Part shown: in pieces, positions 1 to 9,197 of the stretch
Numbering within the stretch: the first letter of the stretch is position 1
How the letters are laid out: every line of letters begins with the position of its first letter
Assembly: GCA_943914405.1 (NCBI GenBank)
Contig: CALUBX010000001.1
Coordinates: forward strand, 4,298 to 68,297
DNA length: 64,000 bases
Origin: an uncultured Hyphomicrobiales bacterium
Lineage (GTDB): Bacteria; Pseudomonadota; Alphaproteobacteria; Rhizobiales; Rhizobiaceae
Direction: 5' to 3'
Translations under genes and position numbers: made by a program
Notes under the pieces: model-generated
Database searches by the model: none
Seen by the model: the letters and a program-made list of their open reading frames with translations, nothing else
Told to the model about the DNA's origin: nothing

Positions 1-138
1 AGGCACGCCACCTTTGACGATTTCGCCCGCTCGGTAATGCCCGACGTGCAATGGCTGGACGACTTCTTGCGCCTGCGGCGGTTCGAGAAGCAGATTGCCT
101 CCTCCACGACGGCGACCGAACCTGATCCGGTGGTGTAG
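1..138 (+). CDS. 3' end of an upstream gene (partial), probably a SIR2-like partner of HerA
   Basis: Frame 1 is open from base 1 (RHATFDDFARSVMPDVQWLDDFLRLRRFEKQ...) to TAG at 136-138, 1 nt before the herA ATG. The SIR2 identity is inferred from context only. Confidence 0.45.
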   Translation, partial: RHATFDDFARSVMPDVQWLDDFLRLRRFEKQIASSTTATEPDPVV

Positions 139-139
139 G

Positions 140-2134
140 ATGGATAATCCACGTCTCATCGGCCATATCGTTTCAGTTCAGGGCTTCCGGGTGAAGGTGG
201 AATTGCTGCCCGAGACCCGATCGGCGCTGCGGGCGACCCTCGATGGAGTTCAGGCAGCGATCGCCATCAATGCCTATCTTACCTTCTCGCTTGGTGCGGG
301 CGAAACCGTCATCGGCATCATCACCGATCTCGAGGCGCGGGAAAGCTTCGACCCTTCCAGCGGAGATGATCTCAGTCTGGAACTCATGAAGCCACGCCGG
401 ATTGCCAGTGTGCAGTTGTTGGGCACCATCGAGCACGCCGATGATGAGCCATCTTTCAGTCCAGGCATATCCGTTCTGCCGACGCTGGACACGCCGGCAG
501 AAATCGGATCGCCCGACATCCTGCGCGCGATATTCGAGATCCCACCCCGTCGCAACAGGCCGGAAGGCTACGATGCCAAAGATTTCGACTACGACCTCAA
601 AATCGGTTTTCCGACCGGCCAGGCGCGCAACGTCGTGCGGGCGTCCTACAATGACCTGTTCTCCAGGCCGTTGGCGATCGTCGGAAACACGGGCTCAGGG
701 AAATCCTTCTCAGTGTCGAGCCTTATCCAGAAGGCAATGAAGGCGCTGGATGGTGCTGCCCAGGAGCCGCACGTCTTCATTCTCGACATCAATGGTGAAT
801 ACGCCAAAGCCTTTCCCGCCACTGTGGCTGAGACACGCCTACCGGATCGCATCTATCTCAATGGCAAGGAGTTCAGCCTCCCGCTCTGGTTCCTGAACGC
901 GGAAGAGATCTGCGCATGGCTAAGCGCATCGGAGCAGACGCAGGAACCCGTGCTGAAGGACTGGTGGGCGATCGCGAAGGGCGGCAACGCTACGGCTGCC
1001 GCCAGCCTCGGTTCGCTGCAAAATGCAATGAGCGCGCTCGATCAGCTTCTCAGCGAACTGACGAAAGTGAAAAGGAAGTTCGCAGGTTCTTACTGCGACG
1101 CCATTGTGGGCCACCTCGCGGATGCCGACATCGACACCGCGGCCTTCGAAGCCCTTTTCAAGACTCATCGCAGTGTCGATCAGTACAACCAGGACGTAAT
1201 GGGCAATCAGGCTGCGATCGCGGCCGAAGCCGAGAAACTCAAGGACGCTATCCGGATCAAGATTGTCGGCGGTAGCGATACGGCGGAGGCAGGCGCGCGC
1301 ACCGCAGATTCGCCGATCCCGATCGCGCGTGCGACGCTGACAGATCCGTCTCTGATCAATCGCGCCGTCTCGAAGGAAGATACCTTCAGGGTGGACGCCC
1401 ATTTGACGACGCTGAAGCTGCGGTTGAAGACGCGCCTCGACGACAAGCGGTGGCGCGCATTCCTGAACTACGAAGACGCTGACACCGCCATCACTAATCT
1501 ATCCGCCTGGTTCTCTCGCTTTGGTTTGGGCGCCGCCACAGGTCCGAAGGTGTCCGTGCTCGACCTTTCGATGCTGAGCAACGAAGTGCTTCCCTATGCC
1601 TGCGCCGTCATCGGGCGCGTGCTGCTGGAAGCGCGGGAACGCTTGCCCGCGGCGTCACGCTACAAGCACCCATGGGTACTCGTGCTGGAAGAGGCGCACA
1701 ATTACGCCCGACCAGCTCGTACGGACGAGGATCGCGGTCATCGTCTGGCCCGGCTGACCTATGAGCGAATCGCAAAGGAAGGGCGCAAGTTCGGACTGTC
1801 GCTCATCATCGCCAGCCAACGCCCGAGCGAGATCAGCCAGACAATCATCAGCCAGTGCGCCAATTTCATCAGCCACCGTCTGCAAAACCCGGACGACATC
1901 GACCATTTCCGCCGGATCATCCCGATGCAGGCGCGGCGTCTGCTCGACCAGGTGACGATATTGTCGTCAGGCGAGGCGATTGTTTTTGGAAGCGCATTCC
2001 ATATACCGACGCGGGTCCAGTTCGATCGTCCGGAGCCCGGCCCATACAGCCAGACAGCAGCGCCGTACCACGAATGGTCGAAGGAAAAGACCCCATTTCC
2101 TCTGGGCACAATCATCGACGCCTGGGGAGCATAG
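140..2134 (+). CDS. herA: HerA/FtsK-family ATPase (HAS barrel + helicase), defence-associated type
   Basis: Walker A GNTGSGKS, ILDINGEY, Walker B LVLEEAHNY, KEGRKFG and SQRPSE motifs. ATG at 140 follows the upstream stop. Confidence 0.9.
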   Translation: MDNPRLIGHIVSVQGFRVKVELLPETRSALRATLDGVQAAIAINAYLTFSLGAGETVIGIITDLEARESFDPSSGDDLSLELMKPRRIASVQLLGTIEHADDEPSFSPGISVLPTLDTPAEIGSPDILRAIFEIPPRRNRPEGYDAKDFDYDLKIGFPTGQARNVVRASYNDLFSRPLAIVGNTGSGKSFSVSSLIQKAMKALDGAAQEPHVFILDINGEYAKAFPATVAETRLPDRIYLNGKEFSLPLWFLNAEEICAWLSASEQTQEPVLKDWWAIAKGGNATAAASLGSLQNAMSALDQLLSELTKVKRKFAGSYCDAIVGHLADADIDTAAFEALFKTHRSVDQYNQDVMGNQAAIAAEAEKLKDAIRIKIVGGSDTAEAGARTADSPIPIARATLTDPSLINRAVSKEDTFRVDAHLTTLKLRLKTRLDDKRWRAFLNYEDADTAITNLSAWFSRFGLGAATGPKVSVLDLSMLSNEVLPYACAVIGRVLLEARERLPAASRYKHPWVLVLEEAHNYARPARTDEDRGHRLARLTYERIAKEGRKFGLSLIIASQRPSEISQTIISQCANFISHRLQNPDDIDHFRRIIPMQARRLLDQVTILSSGEAIVFGSAFHIPTRVQFDRPEPGPYSQTAAPYHEWSKEKTPFPLGTIIDAWGA

Positions 2135-2201
2135 AAAAAGCCAACTGCTTCGGTATTTGAGGCCTATGCGACGCGCTCCCCGGTCCTCTGGCGCATCGCC
2201 G

Positions 2202-3509
2202 CTAGCTGTCGAATCCCTCCTTCGGCGACCATCGCCTCGTCTCGAATTTTCGCGGGCGAAAAGGATCGCCCACCAAGGCCAGGCCGTCGCGGAACAGCGC
2301 GTAATTATAGTCAGAGCCGTCGGCACGCCGCCCCCGGCTGTCCTCGCTAATACTGAAACCAGCGGGATCAAAGCTGGGCAGGCCAAGTCGTTCGGGACGA
2401 TCTTCACTACCGGCTCGGATGATTCCGGTGAGGCTATCGAGGAACGCCCTGCAGGCCGTCTCCTCCATGACGAACCAACCAACCGACTCGCCCAGCAAAC
2501 CGCGAACGATAGTGTCTCGAATGGCAAGCCGTCGCCAATTCGGATCGTCCCAGAGCTCATCGTGCCACCAATAGGGACGTAGAGCCGGCCAGATCGAGAA
2601 AGCGTTGCCAAGATACCAGCGGCCGGCATAGGGAAATCGGACGAAGGTGACTGGTCCGGATTCCACGGGAAACTCGCCAGCCGTATTGATCCAGTCGATC
2701 CAATTGACGACAGGGCTTATACCCATCAGCAGGAAGTTCGACCGGTGTGTCGCCAGCGCCATTTGCGTCGTCACGCCGCGGGCAACAGGCGGCTCGCTCG
2801 CGGGCGGCGGAGCCTTTTTCCTTGGTTTCGTAATCCGCGTTTCGGCTACGCTCAGGAAGGCGCCAGACGTACCCGGCTTCGAGCCAAAGGCCACGCAATA
2901 GCCGTGGATGATGTGGCCGAAGGGCGACTCCACATTCACATAGGGTTTCACCTGCCTTGCATATTTACGCTTTGCTTGCGCGGCGACAGTCTTTGCCGTG
3001 GCGTTGGCAGCGAATGAACCGTGGGCTTCAGCCAGCACGACACCGTGGCCATCGACGTTCCCGCCATCGTAAAGAAAGTCGGCGTGGGGATCGAGCGCGC
3101 TGGACAGGCAGGCCGCATTCGCGCGCCAGACATATCCCAAGGCGTTCATATAGAGATCGGTTATCCCGGCTCCGCACCGTGCGGTGAACAGGGTCCGTTC
3201 GGTATCAGCCAGGTCCGCAAAGTCATCCGTGAGTTTGAACATCGACGTGTTCGAGATCAGGCATTCCAGTTGAGCGAGTGCGCTCTTCTGAAGGCCGGCC
3301 AGCAGTTGCGCTCGCGCCTGACGTGTCGTCGCCGTTCTGGCGACGGCCGCCGCCAGCGCGACGGGAGAGAACGTCAGGGTCGACGCGGCCTGAGGCGCTT
3401 CGAAATGGGGTGATACCGGGCTGGGAACATGTCTGTGCTTTGTATGGGTCGTCAGGCCGATCGTGACGTCGACATCCCACAATTCGGCAGTTGCACTCAC
3501 AACGTTCAT
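2202..3509 (-). CDS. hypothetical protein with a PD-(D/E)xK-like nuclease motif variant
   Basis: 435-aa ORF containing PHADFLYDG...VVLAEAHGS, which resembles PD...ExK with His in place of Lys. Confidence 0.6.
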   Translation of the reverse strand: MNVVSATAELWDVDVTIGLTTHTKHRHVPSPVSPHFEAPQAASTLTFSPVALAAAVARTATTRQARAQLLAGLQKSALAQLECLISNTSMFKLTDDFADLADTERTLFTARCGAGITDLYMNALGYVWRANAACLSSALDPHADFLYDGGNVDGHGVVLAEAHGSFAANATAKTVAAQAKRKYARQVKPYVNVESPFGHIIHGYCVAFGSKPGTSGAFLSVAETRITKPRKKAPPPASEPPVARGVTTQMALATHRSNFLLMGISPVVNWIDWINTAGEFPVESGPVTFVRFPYAGRWYLGNAFSIWPALRPYWWHDELWDDPNWRRLAIRDTIVRGLLGESVGWFVMEETACRAFLDSLTGIIRAGSEDRPERLGLPSFDPAGFSISEDSRGRRADGSDYNYALFRDGLALVGDPFRPRKFETRRWSPKEGFDS

Positions 3510-3530
3510 CCGTCCCCCCAAGCGCTGGTC

Positions 3531-4052
3531 CTAATTGCTACTCGCCTTAGCGGTAATGTCGAAGTCAGGAATCGAAAGGCCGACGATCAGGTTAATGAAC
3601 GTCTTCGCTTCAGCAATCGCAGCCTCGGCCTCCTTTGCATTGCTGAACGTGCCTTGATGCACGACTGCGTTTCGGACGGCATTGATGTTCTCGGCGGACT
3701 TGATGAGTGTCTTCCCGATTTGACTCTTCGCGGGGTGAGCGAAATAGATGGGCACGAACAGGCGGGTGACCTTGCCGTGGAGGCCGTTCGCCCACCGCAG
3801 GAACTGGTCGATGATCGTTGCGTCGAATTCGGTTTGGCGAGCCCATTCGGTTCGGATGGCGTAGTTCGCAGCGATCTCGGCAGCGGTTGCGCAACGCACA
3901 ATCGCTGCCGAAGGCTCATCCCTCAAATGAAGGCCAGACAGCTTGTTCCACTGCGATTGCAGCTTCTCGAGATCGGATCGTTCATTGTAGGGTTTCTTGG
4001 ATGTCTTCCTGTGCGTTTCGTTTGTCGTTTTTGTCATAGTCCCCAGCCCCAT
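3531..4052 (-). CDS. HEPN-domain protein (putative RNase)
   Basis: Helical-looking 173-aa ORF with RNAVVH (Rx4H) near the C-terminus and an AAE helix near the N-terminus. Confidence 0.65.
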   Translation of the reverse strand: MGLGTMTKTTNETHRKTSKKPYNERSDLEKLQSQWNKLSGLHLRDEPSAAIVRCATAAEIAANYAIRTEWARQTEFDATIIDQFLRWANGLHGKVTRLFVPIYFAHPAKSQIGKTLIKSAENINAVRNAVVHQGTFSNAKEAEAAIAEAKTFINLIVGLSIPDFDITAKASSN

Positions 4053-4361
4053 TAAAAACGCGCCTCCAGCAATATCGTTTATGATAATTTCTTCTGCTGG
4101 GCCGATAAATACTGAAATGCAATGTATTCACAGTATAGCGACTTAACGTCCCTGTTTAGAAAGAAGAAATGGCAGCGACAGCTACGGCGAATGCCTGCTC
4201 TCTCTTTCGCTCTCGCGAGCCGCACACACGGGGCGAGCATCAGCTTGGCCGCAAGCGGATGGGGAAAGCCTTCCCCCTGGCCGGCGCCAAGGTCGCCGGC
4301 GCACCCCCTTCTGCGGGGAGACCCCGCAACGCCCCCTAATAGTGAGAGTGTGGATCGGGTT

Positions 4362-4412
4362 TCCATGACGGGTTGAGGGCTGGAGAAGAGGTCTCCGGCG
4401 CCCGTCATGGAG
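4362..4412 (+). promoter_or_regulatory. RBS-occluding structured leader of the DUF932 gene
   Basis: Perfect stem TCCATGACGGG/CCCGTCATGGA with inner hairpin CTGGAGA-AGAGG-TCTCCGG. A homologous leader lies at 5730-5780. Confidence 0.55.
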
Positions 4413-4421
4413 ATTGGTTCC

Positions 4422-5615
4422 ATGAATATGCAGGTTCTCGATGGCCGCCGTGACGCGAGTGGTGGCTACAAGGTGGATGTCAGCCGTGGCGAGCGCATCG
4501 GCCGGGTATCCTCGGAATGGTTCTCGCGTCCTGCGGATGAGCGATATCTCTCGCTCAATGAACTGATGGATTCCGTGCGCGGCCGCGCCGAGCGTAGCCG
4601 GACGCGCGTAGTGGAAAGCGCACTCATTCATGTAGAGGCGAGTCGTACAGACGCTGAACACCTCTCTCTGATCTTGCCGGGCTCAGACACGCCGGTCGCG
4701 CCGACGCACTGGAGCTTCGGTCAGCTCGCCAGCCAGGTCGGCGCTCCCGCCGCCTATCTGCGCCAACTCCCTGCGGCGCTTGCTGGCATCAACCTGCAAT
4801 ACGGTCTGACGTCCAACCGCGCCGAGCAGATCAAGACGCTCGAAACCGACGACGGCCGTGTCGAACTACGCGCCGTTACCGGCCCTGACTACGGACGCAT
4901 CTACGACTATGAGCTGGTCGAGGCCGTGCAGCGGATCGCCGGCAACGGCACCGGGGATACCCGTTGGAAGGTGCCGGGCGTGCTCGACTGGTCGACCGGC
5001 ATCTACAATCCGCGTGTTGACATCACCAAGGATACGACCACGCTCTACGCTTCCGATCGGGACGTCTTCCTCTTCCTCGTGGACGATCTCAACCCCATCG
5101 AAGCCGGGCGTCTGCCGGACGGTTCGCCCGACCTCTACTTCCGGGGCTTCTATGTCTGGAATTCGGAAGTTGGAGCCAAAACGCTCGGCATGGCCAGTTT
5201 CTATCTCCGGGCGGTCTGCCAAAATCGCAATCTGTGGGGCGTCGAGGATTTCGAGGAAATCACCATCCGACACTCCAAATATGCCGCGTCCCGTTTCGCG
5301 CACGAGGCGGCTCCCGCGCTGCTGAACTTCGCCAATTCCTCACCGGTGCCTTTCATCAACGGCATCAAGGCGGCCCGCGAGCGGATCGTGGCGAAGAGCG
5401 ACGAGGACCGCACCGACTTCCTGCGCAAGCGAGGCTTCTCCAAGGCCGAGACCGGCAAGATCATCGACACGGTGCTCGCCGAAGAGGGCAGGCCGCCCGA
5501 GTCTATCTTCGACTTCGTGGCCGGCATCACCGCCGTTGCGCGCGACAAGCCGCATCAGGATGCGCGCCTCGACATGGAGGCTAAGGCCAAGAAGCTGCTC
5601 GACCGGGCAGCCTGA
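4422..5615 (+). CDS. DUF932 domain protein
   Basis: VSSEWFSRPADERY, LYASDRDVFLFLVD and RAVCQNRNLWG are typical of the ICE DUF932 family. GGAG RBS at 4409-4412. Confidence 0.85.
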   Translation: MNMQVLDGRRDASGGYKVDVSRGERIGRVSSEWFSRPADERYLSLNELMDSVRGRAERSRTRVVESALIHVEASRTDAEHLSLILPGSDTPVAPTHWSFGQLASQVGAPAAYLRQLPAALAGINLQYGLTSNRAEQIKTLETDDGRVELRAVTGPDYGRIYDYELVEAVQRIAGNGTGDTRWKVPGVLDWSTGIYNPRVDITKDTTTLYASDRDVFLFLVDDLNPIEAGRLPDGSPDLYFRGFYVWNSEVGAKTLGMASFYLRAVCQNRNLWGVEDFEEITIRHSKYAASRFAHEAAPALLNFANSSPVPFINGIKAARERIVAKSDEDRTDFLRKRGFSKAETGKIIDTVLAEEGRPPESIFDFVAGITAVARDKPHQDARLDMEAKAKKLLDRAA

Positions 5616-5623
5616 TATCCTTC

Positions 5624-5657
5624 AAGCCGGGAATGCGGATTTCCGTATTTCCGGCTT
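5624..5657 (+). terminator. stem-loop after DUF932 (possible terminator)
   Basis: AAGCCGGGAATGCGGA-TT-TCCGTATTTCCGGCTT. Confidence 0.4.
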
Positions 5658-5789
5658 TGCACATTTGTGCCTTTCCGTTTCGCCGGTTTCGTGGCGCTGC
5701 CCTCCTAGAGTGAGAGGGCGGCGCTTCGCTTCGTGACGGGTATTGGGTCGGGAGAAAGGCTCTCGGCGCCCGTCGCGGAGACCACCCCG

Positions 5790-7949
5790 ATGGCTACTGC
5801 TGTTCAGAAAATCACCCTGTCGTCCTCGCGCGACATTCCTTTCAACAAGCTCGTCTTGAGCCAGTCGAACGTCCGCCGCATCAAGGCCGGCGTTTCGATC
5901 GAGGACCTGGCGACTTCGATCGCGCGTCGCGGCCTGATCCAGAGCCTTCACGTCCGGCCTGTCCTCGATGCGGACGGTCAGGAAATCGGTATGTTCGAAG
6001 TGCCTGCCGGAGGACGCCGCTATCAGGCCCTCGCAATCCTGGTGAAACAGAAGCGCCTCGCAAACACCGCGGCGGTCCCCTGCGTCGTCGGCGATGCCGC
6101 CAGCAACATCCTGATGGAGGAGATTTCGTTCGCCGAGAATGACGAGCGCGTGCCGCCCCATCCGCTCGACCAGTATCGCGCCTTCCAGACCATGCGCGAC
6201 AAGGGCATGACCGAGGAAGACATCGCCGCCGCCTTCCTCATCGACGTCAACGTCGTCAAGCAGCGCCTGCGCCTGGCATCCGTTTCGCCGATGCTGCTCG
6301 ACATCTACGCCGAAGACGGCATCGAGCTGAAGCAGCTCATGGCCTTCACCGTCTCCGAGGACCATGCTCGCCAGGAACAGGTCTGGGCGTCCATCAAGGA
6401 CGGATGGCAGAAGGAGCCCTGGCAGATTCGCCATATGCTGACCGAGACGGCGGTACGCGCGGCCGACAAGCGCGCCGTGTTTGTCGGCATCGACGCCTAC
6501 GAGGCGGCGGGCGGCTACGTCCTGCGAGACCTGTTCGAGAGCGATAACGGCGGATGGCTGCAAGATCCGATCCTGCTCGATCGCCTGGTCGGCGAAAAGC
6601 TGAAGACCGTCGCCGAGGAAATTGCCGGCGAAGGCTGGAAGTGGGTCGAGTTCGCCGTCAACTTCCCCTATGGGTACAATGACGGCTTGCGGGCGATTGT
6701 CGGTACGGCTGCCGATCTATCTGACGAAGAGCGTGCCGCCCGTGAGGCGCTTCGGGACGAATATGATCGTCTCGAGGCCGAATATGGGGAAGCCGACGAA
6801 CTGCCGGACGAGATCGATGAGCGCCTTGGCGAGATCGAGCAGGCGCTCGACGCCTTCGAGCACCGTCCGGTGATCTACGATCCGGCGGAAATCGCCCGCG
6901 CCGGCGTCTTCGTCAGCATCGATCGTGATGGCGATCTGTTCTTAGATCGCGGTTATGTCCGCCCCGAGGACGAAGCTCCGCTTGCCGATGATGTTGAAGA
7001 GAGCAATATCGATCACGACACTCCGGCCGCGGCAATAGCGGCCGATCGCGCCATCCAGCGCGCCGTCATCACTATCGGCGGCCAGCCGGCCGAGCCGGAG
7101 GATGAAGACGAGCAAGACGTCATCAAGCCGCTGCCCGAACGGCTAGTGATCGAACTGACTGCACATCGCTCGCTAGCGCTCCGCGATGCGGTCGGTGCCA
7201 ATCCGCATGTCGCGCTCACGGCCCTGTTGCACAAGTTGGTGCGCGACACGTTCCATCGAACCTCCACCAGTGGAGCGAGCATTCAAGCCTCGGTCAGTCA
7301 TGTCTTCTTCCGTGAACAGGGCAAGGATCTCGCCGATGCTCCATATGCGAAGTCCGTCAACCAGCGGCATGAGGGATGGAAAGCGGATATTCCGGCCGAC
7401 GATAACGCGCTTTGGGATTGGCTCGCTGCACTCGACGACGCCAGCCGCCAGGCGCTGCTCGCCCATTGCGTCGCCTACGGGATCAACGCGCTTTATGAGC
7501 GCCCGAACCCGATGAGCGCCTCCGGCATCTCGCAGGCAGCCCTCGATCGCCGCATGGCCGAGTCTCATCGGCTGGCGCGCGCCACTGGTCTCGACATGGT
7601 GAACGCTGGCTTCCGCCCCACGGTCGAGAACTATCTCGGCCGTGTCACCAAGCCTCGCATCCTCGCCGCCGTCCGCGAAGGCTCCGGCGACCGGGCGGCA
7701 GACCTGATCGCCCATCTGAAGAAGGGCGACATGGCGCGGGAAGCCGAGCGTTTGCTCACCGAAAGCGGCTGGTTGCCCGAGCCGCTGCGCCTGACCGATC
7801 TCGACGAGGCTGCGGTTGGGGACGCTCCGATGGGCGCATTGGCCGATGGAGGCGGCGTCGACGAAGCGCTTCCTGATTTCCTCGCGGGCGACGACGAGGG
7901 TGAGGCCGACACTGACGGCAATCATGGTGCGATGATCGCCGCCGAATAA
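5790..7949 (+). CDS. ParB/RepB/Spo0J-family long partition-like protein
   Basis: IPFNKLVLSQSNVR, AGGRR, ENDER and HPLDQ ParB N-domain plus an HTH; 719 aa; GGAG RBS. Confidence 0.9.
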   Translation: MATAVQKITLSSSRDIPFNKLVLSQSNVRRIKAGVSIEDLATSIARRGLIQSLHVRPVLDADGQEIGMFEVPAGGRRYQALAILVKQKRLANTAAVPCVVGDAASNILMEEISFAENDERVPPHPLDQYRAFQTMRDKGMTEEDIAAAFLIDVNVVKQRLRLASVSPMLLDIYAEDGIELKQLMAFTVSEDHARQEQVWASIKDGWQKEPWQIRHMLTETAVRAADKRAVFVGIDAYEAAGGYVLRDLFESDNGGWLQDPILLDRLVGEKLKTVAEEIAGEGWKWVEFAVNFPYGYNDGLRAIVGTAADLSDEERAAREALRDEYDRLEAEYGEADELPDEIDERLGEIEQALDAFEHRPVIYDPAEIARAGVFVSIDRDGDLFLDRGYVRPEDEAPLADDVEESNIDHDTPAAAIAADRAIQRAVITIGGQPAEPEDEDEQDVIKPLPERLVIELTAHRSLALRDAVGANPHVALTALLHKLVRDTFHRTSTSGASIQASVSHVFFREQGKDLADAPYAKSVNQRHEGWKADIPADDNALWDWLAALDDASRQALLAHCVAYGINALYERPNPMSASGISQAALDRRMAESHRLARATGLDMVNAGFRPTVENYLGRVTKPRILAAVREGSGDRAADLIAHLKKGDMAREAERLLTESGWLPEPLRLTDLDEAAVGDAPMGALADGGGVDEALPDFLAGDDEGEADTDGNHGAMIAAE

Positions 7950-8003
7950 TCGTGATGCGGGGCCGGTATGATCGGCCCCGCAATTGCGCTGCTCTTCAGA
8001 AAT

Positions 8004-8040
8004 GGCGTTCCGCTGTCCGGCGGAGCGCCTTTTCTTATTT
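8004..8040 (+). terminator. rho-independent terminator after parB
   Basis: GGCGTTCCGC-loop-GCGGAGCGCC followed by TTTTCTTATTT. A second hairpin lies at 7956-7982. Confidence 0.6.
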
Positions 8041-8065
8041 TGCGTTCAAAATTCCGACCCACAAT

Positions 8066-8722
8066 TCAAGGATGGAGCTGTATCAATGGCGAACAGCATT
8101 TCTTGAATTTCTTGCCGCTCTGGCAAAAGCAGCGGTCATTTGGTCCAGTGTTGCGAGCGAGATCGACGAAGACGGCGCCAAGGCTTTGCTGGACGTCTCG
8201 TCCGAGTGCTGCGAGATAGGTGCGGTCCATGGTGGACTGGTTTCCCACGGAATGCCGTTCGATGGTTCGCTGCAACGTGTCGGCAGCCCGTATCCAATCC
8301 GGAACGCTGGCAAACTGGCCGAGGCTCTTCTTGATGTTGATCAGCCGCTTTTGCCCAACGAAATCGTATGTGCGGGCACGGTCCGGGAGAAACAGGATTC
8401 TAGTCTCACCGTTTATCGGCGGGGTGATGTCGAGCAACGCCCCGTCCTTCTCCCAAACCGCATGATGTTCCGCCTCGATGAACACGCGCGGCCATTCCCA
8501 GATCAGCCAGCCGTAGACGAGCGATCCGCCGTCACGGTCCACCTTGGCCGCGACATTGTTGAAGCATTCTGACGGTTGCGCCTCATTATCGGGCTGGACT
8601 GCGATGTAGGACGGCTTGGCGTCGGCATTGATACCGGCGCAGAACGCCCGTACGGCCGGGCTTAGCTCCTTCGGCGACGTCGTATAGCTCTTCTTGAACA
8701 GGTCGGTGCTGATTGCGGGCAC
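8066..8722 (-). CDS. SEC-C motif protein with a putative Cys-His-Asp catalytic domain
   Basis: C-terminal NDRCFCQSGKKFKKCC (SEC-C); CFNNV...HHAVW...LLDITP. Confidence 0.75.
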   Translation of the reverse strand: MPAISTDLFKKSYTTSPKELSPAVRAFCAGINADAKPSYIAVQPDNEAQPSECFNNVAAKVDRDGGSLVYGWLIWEWPRVFIEAEHHAVWEKDGALLDITPPINGETRILFLPDRARTYDFVGQKRLINIKKSLGQFASVPDWIRAADTLQRTIERHSVGNQSTMDRTYLAALGRDVQQSLGAVFVDLARNTGPNDRCFCQSGKKFKKCCSPLIQLHP

Positions 8723-8752
8723 GCCGATCCCCCGGGTTCGGTGTTACGGCGA

Positions 8753-8989
8753 TCAGTCACGACGCACGACGACGACATGTGACAGGCCCCGGTCGACGGC
8801 CTGCTCCTTCGCCCGCTCTATCACCTCGTTCAGAAGCATGTCGAAGGGACCGGAGCCTCCCCAGTCCTTTTCGTCGCTGATGTGAAAATAACCTTTGTCA
8901 CTCGTCCCGGGAACGCCGTCCCTGTGAACGCGCACAACGATGTGACGTTCGTCCGGCATGTCGGGCGGCGCCCAGATGACTGTTACCAT
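8753..8989 (-). CDS. small hypothetical protein
   Basis: 78-aa ORF with a GGAGG RBS, co-oriented with the SEC-C gene. Confidence 0.55.
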   Translation of the reverse strand: MVTVIWAPPDMPDERHIVVRVHRDGVPGTSDKGYFHISDEKDWGGSGPFDMLLNEVIERAKEQAVDRGLSHVVVVRRD

Positions 8990-9197
8990 TTTTCGGCCTC
9001 CATAACCCATGCACTCCCGTCACCATAGCGTCATCGACAAGACGGGCCATATCTGCACCAAGAATCATCCTGTACAGGGATGATATCTCAACCAATGGCG
9101 GACAGTTCCGATTTATGATTTTCTCCTTCTTATTTCCTTCGGAATAGTAGTTTGAATATCCGGCGAAACAATATTCGTCGTTGCATTGGGAGGGCGC

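Noticed and set aside
95..139. N-terminal extension of the HerA ORF from 95
   Set aside because: It overlaps the upstream gene's last codons; ATG 140 right after its stop is more plausible.
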